Notes under the pieces: model-generated
Seen by the model: only the letters and a program-made list of their open reading frames with translations
Databases searched by the model: none
Told to the model about the DNA's origin: nothing
IMG/VR virus record: IMGVR_UViG_3300010163_000009
Span: 32,001 to 96,000 of that record
From: a virus
Taxonomy: Duplodnaviria; Caudoviricetes
DNA length: 64,000 nt
Reading direction: 5' to 3' (one strand)
Position numbers and translations under genes: made by a program
Shown: positions 37,867 to 47,482 of the stretch, piece by piece
Layout: the number at the start of each line of letters is the position of its first letter
Position numbering within the stretch: position 1 is the first letter of the stretch

Positions 37867-39334
37867 TAACTGTAACATCGGAAGAGAGCTTAGAGCTTTG
37901 CTCGGATATGGGCGGCTGACTCCGTGGCATGGTTTTAACTATGTTCGGAGTTACGAAGCTGCACAGCCGCATATTAACAGCACAGGCTACCACTGGTCAT
38001 CCACTGAGTACTCTGCCAACAACTCGTGGATCGTGAACTTCAACAGTGGTAATAGCAACAACAATAACAAGTACAACACTAACGTGGTTCGCCCTGCTGT
38101 AGCTCATCCGACAAAGGCTTGGCTTCAATTGAGGGAAAGTTTACAAGCGGCTTATGAAGATTGCTGTCGTGGCAAATCTTCCAGCCAACAATATCAAGAC
38201 TATATCCCTCACGCTAATGAGGATTTGGATTTACTTACAACCCAGCTAATTGAACGTACTTATCAGCCATCGACATCGACTTGCTTCCTTGTTAGATTTC
38301 CAAAATTGCGCGAGGTGTTTGCCGCCGCTTTCCGAGACCGTATCATACATCATTGGATATGTATGCGGTTGGTTCCACATTTTGAGGAACTTAACGAGAA
38401 TATTGGAAATGTTACTCATAATTGCCGAGTCGGATTTGGGACAAAATCGGCAGTTGATGGGGTTTACCAAGCAATCAAAGAAGTCACATATAATTACGGT
38501 ATTGAAGCCGACCTGTTTAGAGGAGATTTGGTAGGCTTCTTTATGTCGTTACCTCAGCGTCGTATGTGTGATAATTTGATAGAGTTTGCGCAAGAAGAAT
38601 ATCATGGTGATTTTAAAAACTTGTTGATATGGTTATTGGACGTGGTTGTGATGCACCGTCCAGAATTGAATTGTATGTTCAATTCATCGCCTAAAGATTG
38701 GGTCGGCCTGGCTCATAACAAGTCATTATTTAGGACTGGAAAGGGTCGAGGTGCCCCGATTGGGAACTTAACAACCCAGCTATTTGCCAATTTTTATATG
38801 GCGGATTTTGATGCTTTTATGGTTGATTGTGTCAAGAAACTGAAGAAAAGAGGTATTCGTGCTGCTTATCATCGTTTCGTGGACGATTTCATTTTGATAT
38901 GTAACGATAAATATGCGTTGAAATGGTTGATACATGCTGCTGAGATTAAAATCAACTCAATGGGTTTGACCATGCACAAAGATAAACGATACATCCAGCC
39001 TGCCAGTCACGGCGTTTTGTTTGTCGGTACACAAATCAAGAATGGCAGATTGTATCTTAGCAATCGAACTGTAGGTCGATTTACAGATAAAGCAAAGGAG
39101 ATTGCAAAATTCATGCAACAGCCAGCAAAAGAAATCACCTCAGCAGATCTCGACCATATTCTTGCTACTCTTAATTCATATTTAGGATTTTGTAAATATC
39201 GACAGACATATCGAATCAGACGTAAGATAATGAAACCACTAATTTATTCGCATGATTTCAAGCGATATTTTAAAATTAATAGAAATGTATCTAAAGTCAC
39301 CTTGCGGAAAGAGTGGAAAACTATTATTAAATAG
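37853..39334 (+). CDS. DGR reverse transcriptase
   Basis: AYEDCCRGK, REVFAAAFRDRIIHH, GDLVGFFMS, GAPIGNLTTQLFAN, RFVDDF, FVG motifs; start uncertain (ATG 37853/37856 upstream of TR, or TTG 38129). Confidence 0.95.
   Translation: MMKPNNCNIGRELRALLGYGRLTPWHGFNYVRSYEAAQPHINSTGYHWSSTEYSANNSWIVNFNSGNSNNNNKYNTNVVRPAVAHPTKAWLQLRESLQAAYEDCCRGKSSSQQYQDYIPHANEDLDLLTTQLIERTYQPSTSTCFLVRFPKLREVFAAAFRDRIIHHWICMRLVPHFEELNENIGNVTHNCRVGFGTKSAVDGVYQAIKEVTYNYGIEADLFRGDLVGFFMSLPQRRMCDNLIEFAQEEYHGDFKNLLIWLLDVVVMHRPELNCMFNSSPKDWVGLAHNKSLFRTGKGRGAPIGNLTTQLFANFYMADFDAFMVDCVKKLKKRGIRAAYHRFVDDFILICNDKYALKWLIHAAEIKINSMGLTMHKDKRYIQPASHGVLFVGTQIKNGRLYLSNRTVGRFTDKAKEIAKFMQQPAKEITSADLDHILATLNSYLGFCKYRQTYRIRRKIMKPLIYSHDFKRYFKINRNVSKVTLRKEWKTIIK
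37976..38103 (+). repeat. DGR template repeat (TR)
   Basis: Adenine-rich copy of VR with 12 AAY codons in the VR frame. Confidence 0.97.
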
Positions 39335-39346
39335 AAAGAGTAAATT

Positions 39347-40000
39347 ATGAAGCAGATTTGTAAATTCGATACCAAGCCCGTTACAATCAATAACGGAGGG
39401 TGTAAAAAAGGACACTGGATAGTGTGGCTTAATCTCAATATATCAGAGATTGAGAATCCTGAAGAAAATGAAACTGAACTATACCAAAGCATGACAGACC
39501 GACTTGTCATGTCTGATAGTTCCTTATCGGCATTTCTTGATGTTGTGGATCCGTCCCATATTGCTTTGGCAACTATAGAAGAATTAGAGGAAATCCTGCG
39601 TTATTTTTGCTCTGAATATGATTTGGAAGCATGGAAGGCTATCCGTAAAATCCAGATACAAGGATATGACATTAGCGAGAATGTTAATTGTTTCTATCTG
39701 AACGGTCTTCCACTTTGGCTTGACAAAGCTACCAGAGTGGGGCTTGTAAATTCTATAACAATTGAGAAAAATTCCAATCGCAGCGAAACTTGCCTGTGGT
39801 TTGGAAAACATTACATAAAGATGGGCATTAATGTGGCTCTTGAAGCTTTATCCCAGCTTGAACTTTATGCTCTTGAATGTTATAATGTAACGGCACTACA
39901 TTTAGTTCAAATAGAGCAGTGTAATTCTGTTGACGAGCTAAGGTCGTTTAATATAAGTTCTGACTATCCTGAAATCCTTCAGTTCAAAATTGAAGAATAA
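39347..40000 (+). CDS. DUF4376-like tail-fibre-associated protein
   Basis: VNCFYLNG..LWLDKATRVGL, LELYALECYNVT, DYPE motifs. Confidence 0.6.
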   Translation: MKQICKFDTKPVTINNGGCKKGHWIVWLNLNISEIENPEENETELYQSMTDRLVMSDSSLSAFLDVVDPSHIALATIEELEEILRYFCSEYDLEAWKAIRKIQIQGYDISENVNCFYLNGLPLWLDKATRVGLVNSITIEKNSNRSETCLWFGKHYIKMGINVALEALSQLELYALECYNVTALHLVQIEQCNSVDELRSFNISSDYPEILQFKIEE

Positions 40001-40009
40001 AACCTTTGT

Positions 40010-40043
40010 TTGAACCCGTAGCAATCATGTTTTGACTATTCTT
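40010..40043 (+). promoter_or_regulatory. Putative late promoter restarting transcription after the DGR
   Basis: TTGAACCC (40010-40017) N18 CTATTCTT (40036-40043); ATG at 40063. Confidence 0.65.
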
Positions 40044-40062
40044 GATAAAGGCTTAAAATATA

Positions 40063-42504
40063 ATGGGAACAATTGCAAAAGGAGGAATAACACTTAATCC
40101 GGTGAACGATGCTTATACAGTATTGCTCACTCCATCTTCGTGTTCTATTTCGGCTGATTTTGACGGCTCTAATCCCGCTTTGGATAATGCTAAAGGTTCC
40201 ATTACAGTAAAACGTGGTACTAAAATTGTCCCGTTCAAAGTGAATGAGGTTACATATTCCGCATCTGGTATAAAAGCAAGTTGGAGTACGCAAGAAGTAA
40301 CCACAATGCCTTTTGTTATCACCCAGATACCTAACACTGTTTTAGATGGTTTTATAAAGTTTCATATTACTACACAGGACGGATTTAACTATTCTACCGA
40401 AGTTCAATTTTCTTTTAATATTGTCCGTGAGTCTACAATGCTTGATTGGATTCAGGACTGGGAAGGCAGTAAGACTAAAATCGGTGGCACTTACATAATG
40501 ACGCCGAAACTGTTTGTCGGTAAAAAAGAGGCCGTTCTTGATATGACAGGATTAGAACCAACATGGAAAGAAGGGGCATTGACCGGTGTGTATATCGGTC
40601 CTGATTTGCTTGCTTCCGGTGAAAGCAGCGTCGGTATTTATGGCTACCTCAAAGATGAAAAGATTTTTTATATCAACGCCGATGGTGGATTTATTGGTGG
40701 CTGGACTTTTAATAAAGGAGGGCTTCAGTCTGCTAATGGAGTTGTAAATATATTGTCTGAAGGTTCTATATACTCTCAGAATCCCGATTCTGAAATTCCT
40801 TATTGGGGAATTTATGCTAATGGTACCGCATCGTTTGCAAACGGGAACGTGAAATTCTTTTCAGACGGTAGTGCAGAATTTGCAGGTAAAATTACATCTA
40901 TACAAGGAATGATTGGCGGCTGGGCCATCACAAAAAAACAATTGTGTAGTGGAAGAATTTTTTTGGATTCGTCTGAAGGGCTTATCGGTATAAATGCTTC
41001 GGACATACAGCATGTAGATGGGCTTACAGGAGCCTATATATTTCCAGAGACACCTGATGGTGGTCTGAAACTGTGGTATAGTTCTGCAACTGATTTCGGC
41101 ATGGCAGGTTGGACTACTGGAGAAAAGGTATTTCAATTGGGCTCTACTAATTTTATTGCTGGATGGAGTTTCAATCATCAGGCAATATGGACTGGTGCTG
41201 AAGCACCATCATTAACACAGGGTGGTTATACTTCGGATTCTAATGCACTCACCATTGCTCCAAATGGCATCCGCAGTTCCAAATGGTATGTGGATGCTAA
41301 TGGTACCGCATCGTTTGTCGGTGGTTCTGTGAAATTTAATACAGAAAACGCAGAGATGTTTGGGTGGCTGATGAGAAATGGCCGCTTTTCATCTAAACAC
41401 GCCGCTCTAATTTCAGATGATTACGATGCAGGAGTCTATGTTTCTGTTGCCGACATTAGCGAAGTTAGCGGAGTAAATTTAAGAAGTACAATCAGTAATA
41501 ATGGTGGTATTTATTTGTACTCCGATGGCGAAAACTCAATTATGCGTGCTTACGATAAATCCGGAAATATTGGCTTTTTCTTGAGCACGTCTGGATATAA
41601 CGCCATTTCCAGCTGGGCGTTTGATGCAACTGCAATTTATATTGGCTCCAAGAACCTTTCCCAAGAAGGTTATATAGCGGCAGAAGGTTCAATGGCTCTG
41701 ATGTCGTCTGGTATATTTGGTTATAAGTGGAAGTTTCTTGCAGATGGTTCAGGAGCCTTAGCAGGTGGTAAAATCAATTGGGACAAGGACGGGAATATTA
41801 ATGTCGATGCCAAGATTAGCGCAAATAATATTACAGCTGGAACTATATCTACAGCGTCTATAAAATGTGAAGGAAAATGGTATCTGAGCCAAAATGGTGA
41901 CGGCTATATTGCAAGCAAAAATATTGAGTGGGACAAAGATGGTAATATGAATGTTAAAGGCTCATTTAGCCAAAATATTCATTACGTTTATAAATGTGAC
42001 GTTACTATCGTTTCACGAGTACAGGGTAACTTAGAAGATGAGGTTGAATTAAAATTAAATAATCATTTATACTTAGCTACAAACGTATTGGATGAAGCCG
42101 ATTTTGAGCTTTGGTATAATAGTAAAATTTTGGGTGGTAATGAATGGCCATATCAGTTGGATTATGGACATTATTACACTATTCGTCTTCCATTAAATTA
42201 TAAGTTTATTGGAAAAGAAGTTAAAATTTACGACTGTAATTATGGACCGTTTACCAGACAGATTTACGGTTGGTGTAATACAACGATTAAAGTTGAAAAT
42301 GACGTGGCTTTTGTCGCAAAAATCACTTACGAAGACGATTATTCCAGAAATAATTTATGGAAGTCTATAACAATTAGAGGGGGGTGTGCTTCTTTTGTTT
42401 GTATTCCAACTACTAATGGTGGCCTTACTTGGATATGTGTGGATTTTTATGGAGCTAAGTGTGAGGGTGTTGATGTAAAAGGGCAAATACATTATGATTT
42501 ATAA
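40063..42504 (+). CDS. Tail fibre-like protein with beta repeats
   Basis: 813 aa; repeated IGGW/IAGW and DGSG..A..I.WDKDGN units. Confidence 0.6.
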   Translation: MGTIAKGGITLNPVNDAYTVLLTPSSCSISADFDGSNPALDNAKGSITVKRGTKIVPFKVNEVTYSASGIKASWSTQEVTTMPFVITQIPNTVLDGFIKFHITTQDGFNYSTEVQFSFNIVRESTMLDWIQDWEGSKTKIGGTYIMTPKLFVGKKEAVLDMTGLEPTWKEGALTGVYIGPDLLASGESSVGIYGYLKDEKIFYINADGGFIGGWTFNKGGLQSANGVVNILSEGSIYSQNPDSEIPYWGIYANGTASFANGNVKFFSDGSAEFAGKITSIQGMIGGWAITKKQLCSGRIFLDSSEGLIGINASDIQHVDGLTGAYIFPETPDGGLKLWYSSATDFGMAGWTTGEKVFQLGSTNFIAGWSFNHQAIWTGAEAPSLTQGGYTSDSNALTIAPNGIRSSKWYVDANGTASFVGGSVKFNTENAEMFGWLMRNGRFSSKHAALISDDYDAGVYVSVADISEVSGVNLRSTISNNGGIYLYSDGENSIMRAYDKSGNIGFFLSTSGYNAISSWAFDATAIYIGSKNLSQEGYIAAEGSMALMSSGIFGYKWKFLADGSGALAGGKINWDKDGNINVDAKISANNITAGTISTASIKCEGKWYLSQNGDGYIASKNIEWDKDGNMNVKGSFSQNIHYVYKCDVTIVSRVQGNLEDEVELKLNNHLYLATNVLDEADFELWYNSKILGGNEWPYQLDYGHYYTIRLPLNYKFIGKEVKIYDCNYGPFTRQIYGWCNTTIKVENDVAFVAKITYEDDYSRNNLWKSITIRGGCASFVCIPTTNGGLTWICVDFYGAKCEGVDVKGQIHYDL

Positions 42505-42509
42505 ATATA

Positions 42510-43190
42510 ATGCGTAGAGATATTGAAATACATATTATAACCGGTGATGTTGCTATCATCCCTCAGAACAAAATCAAAATAAGAGAGTTCCGATGGGTTG
42601 ATGAACCGACATTGTTATCTCGCTATATTTATGGCGAGGTAGATGTGCCATATACTCTCAGTGAGCGAACGGTTCGGAATCAAGGTGTTCATTTTATTGT
42701 TCCTTATACACCAAAGTACAAAGAATTTATGATTCGAGTACGCCGAGTAAATGAGGACGGATCGTTTGTTTATGTAAATAACGATGTAGATGGTTCACAG
42801 TGGTTTTTGGTTAAGTCATCGGTATATGGAACAGCATTAAGGAATGTGTTTGCATCCGAATTGCCGACAATTTCCGAGGATAGTTTCTTTGTTATGCTCA
42901 AAAGCGGCATTGCTCAACTATATGCAAGCAGCCAATCGGATTTTAATATTATCAAAGCAGGACGACAGAACGCAAATTGCTTGCTTGCCTGTTTTCCTGG
43001 CGGCAATTATCGTTACCCGCTGACAGGAGTCGGCTTGGCACGCTGGATTAACTCTAATAATGTAGCATCAGCCAGCTTAACCAAAGTGCTTCAGGACGAA
43101 TTTAGTGCAGATGGCGTAACTATTCGCAATGCAGCCTACAATTACGAGACTCAACAAATTGAGTTGGACGCTAAAGATTTGGAGGAATAA
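42510..43190 (+). CDS. Putative baseplate wedge component (gpW/gp25-like C-terminus)
   Basis: PGGNYRYPLTGVGL motif; position before baseplate genes. Confidence 0.5.
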   Translation: MRRDIEIHIITGDVAIIPQNKIKIREFRWVDEPTLLSRYIYGEVDVPYTLSERTVRNQGVHFIVPYTPKYKEFMIRVRRVNEDGSFVYVNNDVDGSQWFLVKSSVYGTALRNVFASELPTISEDSFFVMLKSGIAQLYASSQSDFNIIKAGRQNANCLLACFPGGNYRYPLTGVGLARWINSNNVASASLTKVLQDEFSADGVTIRNAAYNYETQQIELDAKDLEE

Positions 43191-43191
43191 A

Positions 43192-44094
43192 ATGGCTATA
43201 TATACAGTAAAACCCAATCAGAATCTATTCGATGTTGCCCTGCATTTGTATGGCAGCATCGAAGGATTGTTTGACCTTCTTATCAGTAATCCGGATCTCA
43301 ATATGACTTCTGAACTCACGTATGGGCAGGAACTTGTCTATCACGAGGAGTTTGTATTGAATGAATCGATTGTCAGTGAGTTTAAGAATCATAATATCAC
43401 ACCGTCATCCGGTTCACGTAAGGTCTATTTCAAACGTCCAGACGAAGACTTGATATTCTTGATAGGAGTTAATGCGGATATGGCTTTTACTGCTTTTAAA
43501 GCGGCAGGGACTGGCGTGATGATTATTGATTGGGGAGATAACTCTGAACTGGAATACATTCATTTGACTGCGCACATTCAATCTATAGAGCATTATTTTG
43601 ATAATGAAACTGAGAAACGCCGCATCCGTATTTATGGAAACACTGACACTCTTAAATTCACCCAGCTTGATACTACAGGATTGGGTGGCGCTCTGCTTTT
43701 ATGTAAGCCTGTAGTCGTGGATGAATATGCTTGTACAAATCAAGGATATTCACTTGTCGGATTGTCTATGTTTGAAAGAACATATAAATTGGATCTACAT
43801 TCGACTACTATTGATAATCTCTTGCCGATTGGCGATATGAGCCTTCAGGAACTTGATTTGACTGGTGTACATTTTTTATATGACAATACAGTCGATGATT
43901 ATCTGGAATATATTGTAGCTCATCACGCAGATCGTCGTCCTTGTACAGTACGCCTTACGACAGAGCCTTCAGCAAGAGGTTATTCTGCAATTGACACAAT
44001 TCTAAGTGAACCGGAGTGGAATATCTCCGATACATGGAAATTTTATATTAACAATCAACTATACCAACCTAACAATGGCACGGACACTGAGTGA
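43192..44094 (+). CDS. Baseplate protein with N-terminal LysM/tail-X-like domain
   Basis: YTVKPNQNLFDVALHLYGSIEGLFDLLISNP; ATG at 43192. Confidence 0.65.
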   Translation: MAIYTVKPNQNLFDVALHLYGSIEGLFDLLISNPDLNMTSELTYGQELVYHEEFVLNESIVSEFKNHNITPSSGSRKVYFKRPDEDLIFLIGVNADMAFTAFKAAGTGVMIIDWGDNSELEYIHLTAHIQSIEHYFDNETEKRRIRIYGNTDTLKFTQLDTTGLGGALLLCKPVVVDEYACTNQGYSLVGLSMFERTYKLDLHSTTIDNLLPIGDMSLQELDLTGVHFLYDNTVDDYLEYIVAHHADRRPCTVRLTTEPSARGYSAIDTILSEPEWNISDTWKFYINNQLYQPNNGTDTE

Positions 44095-44983
44095 AATATA
44101 CGCCGAGGCTAAGGATTGCCGTAATAGTTATCTTGAGCTAACAGAGTTTGAGAATAGCTCCAAGATGTCAATACTTGATGCGTTTACATGGGTCACATCA
44201 GCATGTATATGGACTTTTGAAAACATAATGGATGTCTTCAAGATAGACCTTGCTAAAGACCTTCAGAATCGAATCAACGGAACTCCTGCATATTTTGCAA
44301 ACGCATTGTTGAAATATCAGTCCGGAGATGATCTGGTGATGAATGAGGATGGCACAGCTTTTTCTTATCCGAATATTGATGCTTCCAAACGTGTAGTCAC
44401 AAAGGTGGCTTATTTCGAGGAAGAAGAGGCTGGGTTCCACGATAAAGTAGTTCGTTTTAAAATTGCTACAGGACAGCCTGGTGCTTATTCTCGTATTGAG
44501 GAGGACGAATTAGTGGCAATTAGGAGTTATCTTAATCAAATATTGTTTGCCGGTCAGCACGCAAGAGTTGTCAGTCGTATCGGGGATGTGCTTATCCCGA
44601 GAGTGGTGGTGTATTATGATGGAGCTGTCACGGAAGATGAATTATATCAAGAAATAGAGAACGCTCTAAACGATTATATCGCCAATATCGAGTTTAACGG
44701 CCTTGTTTACGCCCAGAAAGTGATTGACAGCATACAAAATGTTGAACACGTAACAGACGTATCGATATCTTCAGATGATACAGATTATCAAGGTATATTT
44801 GTTGCCAAATATGATGACGACAATCATCTTATCAAGGACGAGAAAGGCAATGTTCAGACCAAAATCGGGCGTTATTATATTCCAAACTCAGGGTATATTA
44901 AACAAAGTTCCTGTGCCGGAGAGGAGGCCGATATTCCTTTATGGCGTGACACAATAATTCTTAAACTGGAGGATAATGTATGA
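44075..44983 (+). CDS. Baseplate J-like wedge protein
   Basis: MARTLSEI start, GTPAYF...KYQSGD, IENALNDYI...DSIQNVEHVTDV. Confidence 0.65.
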   Translation: MARTLSEIYAEAKDCRNSYLELTEFENSSKMSILDAFTWVTSACIWTFENIMDVFKIDLAKDLQNRINGTPAYFANALLKYQSGDDLVMNEDGTAFSYPNIDASKRVVTKVAYFEEEEAGFHDKVVRFKIATGQPGAYSRIEEDELVAIRSYLNQILFAGQHARVVSRIGDVLIPRVVVYYDGAVTEDELYQEIENALNDYIANIEFNGLVYAQKVIDSIQNVEHVTDVSISSDDTDYQGIFVAKYDDDNHLIKDEKGNVQTKIGRYYIPNSGYIKQSSCAGEEADIPLWRDTIILKLEDNV

Positions 44984-45513
44984 GGTATTTTATCAACTTT
45001 GATAAGACGATAAATCAGCTTGTACCCTACTATATCGGTGGACGTAAACTGATTCTGTACCTACAAGCGTTGATGTCACCATTGAGGCGGCTCAATGATG
45101 ATTTTGTAACATACGCCAAAGAAACAAGAATCGAAGCTGCCATGACCTCTCAGATTTTTAAGTTTGAATGGTACCTTAATCGTAAATTTAGAAAGTATTT
45201 TGCTAACGGTGGACGTATCTCAATTAAAAATTCAGAAAGTCTTGGTGCTCCGATTTACAAGGAATCTGCCAACATTGATGTGAGCCAGAATATACTTGTT
45301 TATTATGATAATGAAACAGACATAACTCGCCAGTTGGTTCTATATCGTAGCGATGAGCAGACAGAAGAAAGTAGTGTTAGCTTCATCGTGACAACTCCTC
45401 AAATTGATACAAAGCTTATTTCAGAGCAAAAATATGTCGCAATGCTGAAATATGTCATTGACAGGTATCGGCTTGCCAATAAAACTTATATTATCAAATA
45501 CGAATCGAAATGA
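44980..45513 (+). CDS. Baseplate wedge protein (gpI-like)
   Basis: TSQIFKFEWYLNRKF and YRLANKTY; follows the J-like gene. Confidence 0.55.
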   Translation: MRYFINFDKTINQLVPYYIGGRKLILYLQALMSPLRRLNDDFVTYAKETRIEAAMTSQIFKFEWYLNRKFRKYFANGGRISIKNSESLGAPIYKESANIDVSQNILVYYDNETDITRQLVLYRSDEQTEESSVSFIVTTPQIDTKLISEQKYVAMLKYVIDRYRLANKTYIIKYESK

Positions 45514-47270
45514 AAGAATTTAGCGCACAAACAGGTGGACGCTACACCTATGCTGATGATCTGGAAAACCTTCAGGATTTGGCGTTAGCTTTCGCTCAGA
45601 TTTTCGATGACTGTGACAATTTCATAGTAAGTGGATGCGAAATAACATCAGGGGCTATTAGTGCCGGTTATGTGTTCCTGAATGGTAAACTACGTTATTT
45701 CTCTGGTGCTACCGGAATTACGTCATGGCCTCAGTACATCTATGAATTAAACTCAACGGAAAATGTGACTTATGAGAGTGGTGGTTCTAAAATAGGACGT
45801 AACATCTATGGGTGTGCCATTGCCAAGTCCGTTCCTGTTAAGCAAGACGAGCTCACAGGGAAAGCACTTCAATCAATTACTATTACATCTAATGGAGGTT
45901 TACGCATGAAGGATGCTTTTATTGGGAAATATGCCCTTCTGCTAAATCCGGCAAGTGGTTCGCAAACCGTTGACAGTATTGTGAATTTTGTTAAGGCAAT
46001 CAATGCGGGCAGTGATATTACCGCAAACAAAAATGTCATCATAAAATCTGGCGCGATTAAAACTGAAATGAGTTACGATGGTAGCACGTTTAGCGTCAAA
46101 TATACTGGCGATTCCAACAATTATCAGTTATCGTTAATAGATGGTATTGGTTTCCGTTTCTACGCCAACGGTACTTTAATTGCAACAATAGGTTCATCTT
46201 CTATAACATTTAGCCAACCTGTTTCTGCAAGTAAAGGCATATTTGGCGGGCTGGTGCTGACTGGTAATCAAATCTATCAGGGAACAGCTAATGCGGTTGG
46301 AGAGATTGGGATTAACGTATATGGTTATAATGGAGATACTACTCAATTTAGAAACACTCATATTGGGAATGGTAAAGGTAAAATTGTTTTTAGTATAACC
46401 GGTTCTGACGGGAGTGTGAATATATATGGCGTTACTAAGATTGATGCTGGTACTACCGATGGACTCATTCTGAAAGCAAATATGTTGAAGGAAAATAATA
46501 GCCTGACAAACGCAATTTCTTGGCGTGATTCTGCCAATGCTGTAATGGCACGTGTTGGGTTCATTAATACCACAGATCAGACATTTTCCATTTCTGCATC
46601 TGCATATAATATAAGCATTGCAGGTCATACCACGGTCAATATTGGTCCAGCTATTATGGAAAATGGAGTGTTGCTTTCTGAAAAGTATGCTACAGTTACT
46701 AATTTGACTGAAGGCTTAGAGAAAAAAGCCAATTCATCGGACGTGTACACCCAGACTCAGGCTAATAAGAAGTTTGCAGTCAAAACAGAAGGACTCCTTC
46801 AGTTTGTGACATCTAATGTAAGTGAAGCCGACTGCCGTTCTCACATTGGTGCTATAGGTAAAAGCGATTTAAACTCTTACGCGAAACTGGAAAATTATCT
46901 TTCTGATATGGCAACGGATGAGGCAGAGAAACAGACAATTCGTAATAACATCGGTGCTGCCGGTGTTGGAGACTTCCAACCTAAGTTATCTGATTCTGGC
47001 TGGAAGCACATCAAAGATTCGCTTTACGTCCGACAAATTGGTAATATCGTTTGCATACAAGGTTCTATAAAAACCGTTCATTCGGGTACGGTATTTACCA
47101 TTCCGAATACAATATCAGCTCCAAGCCATGCGGTTAAATATACCATCGCATTTAACAATAATAGAAACTGGGTTTGTAAAATAGAAGCCGGTCAAAGAGC
47201 ATGTACAGTTGTCTATTGTAATGGAAGCTGCGGAAACTCTACACAATTTTCAATCACATATATGGTATAA
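45510..47270 (+). CDS. Tail fibre protein
   Basis: 586 aa; N-terminal DDLENLQ...IVSGC...GYVFLNG attachment region; C-terminal LYVRQIGNIVCIQG...FTIP tip domain. Confidence 0.65.
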   Translation: MKEFSAQTGGRYTYADDLENLQDLALAFAQIFDDCDNFIVSGCEITSGAISAGYVFLNGKLRYFSGATGITSWPQYIYELNSTENVTYESGGSKIGRNIYGCAIAKSVPVKQDELTGKALQSITITSNGGLRMKDAFIGKYALLLNPASGSQTVDSIVNFVKAINAGSDITANKNVIIKSGAIKTEMSYDGSTFSVKYTGDSNNYQLSLIDGIGFRFYANGTLIATIGSSSITFSQPVSASKGIFGGLVLTGNQIYQGTANAVGEIGINVYGYNGDTTQFRNTHIGNGKGKIVFSITGSDGSVNIYGVTKIDAGTTDGLILKANMLKENNSLTNAISWRDSANAVMARVGFINTTDQTFSISASAYNISIAGHTTVNIGPAIMENGVLLSEKYATVTNLTEGLEKKANSSDVYTQTQANKKFAVKTEGLLQFVTSNVSEADCRSHIGAIGKSDLNSYAKLENYLSDMATDEAEKQTIRNNIGAAGVGDFQPKLSDSGWKHIKDSLYVRQIGNIVCIQGSIKTVHSGTVFTIPNTISAPSHAVKYTIAFNNNRNWVCKIEAGQRACTVVYCNGSCGNSTQFSITYMV

Positions 47271-47272
47271 AA

Positions 47273-47482
47273 ATGAAAACGTACAATTCACCTGCACAGG
47301 CTCGCAATTTGCGAGAAATTGAGGCCGCTGCTGCCTCTCCAGTAATTAACATTATTCCAGAAATTAATGGCACTATTCAACCCGTACAAACCGCTGAAGA
47401 AGGGGAAAAAGAGAGGCCGGAAGCCGAAACCGAAATCCCCGCCAAAAAAACGCGGACGAAAAAGAATACCAAGGAAGTTTGA
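47273..47482 (+). CDS. Small hypothetical protein
   Basis: 69 aa; ATG 3 bp after the fibre stop; overlaps next ORF by 116 bp. Confidence 0.45.
   Translation: MKTYNSPAQARNLREIEAAAASPVINIIPEINGTIQPVQTAEEGEKERPEAETEIPAKKTRTKKNTKEV

Larger units (their letters stand above)
37146..39334 (+). mobile_element. Diversity-generating retroelement cassette (VR-hairpin-avd-TR-RT)
   Basis: All canonical components in order, with A-specific VR/TR divergence. Confidence 0.95.

Noticed and set aside
37823-39334. RT as a group II intron, retron or Abi RT
   Set aside because: TR/VR pair with A-only mismatches, Avd-like gene and hairpin identify a DGR; no maturase/endonuclease domain or msr-msd seen
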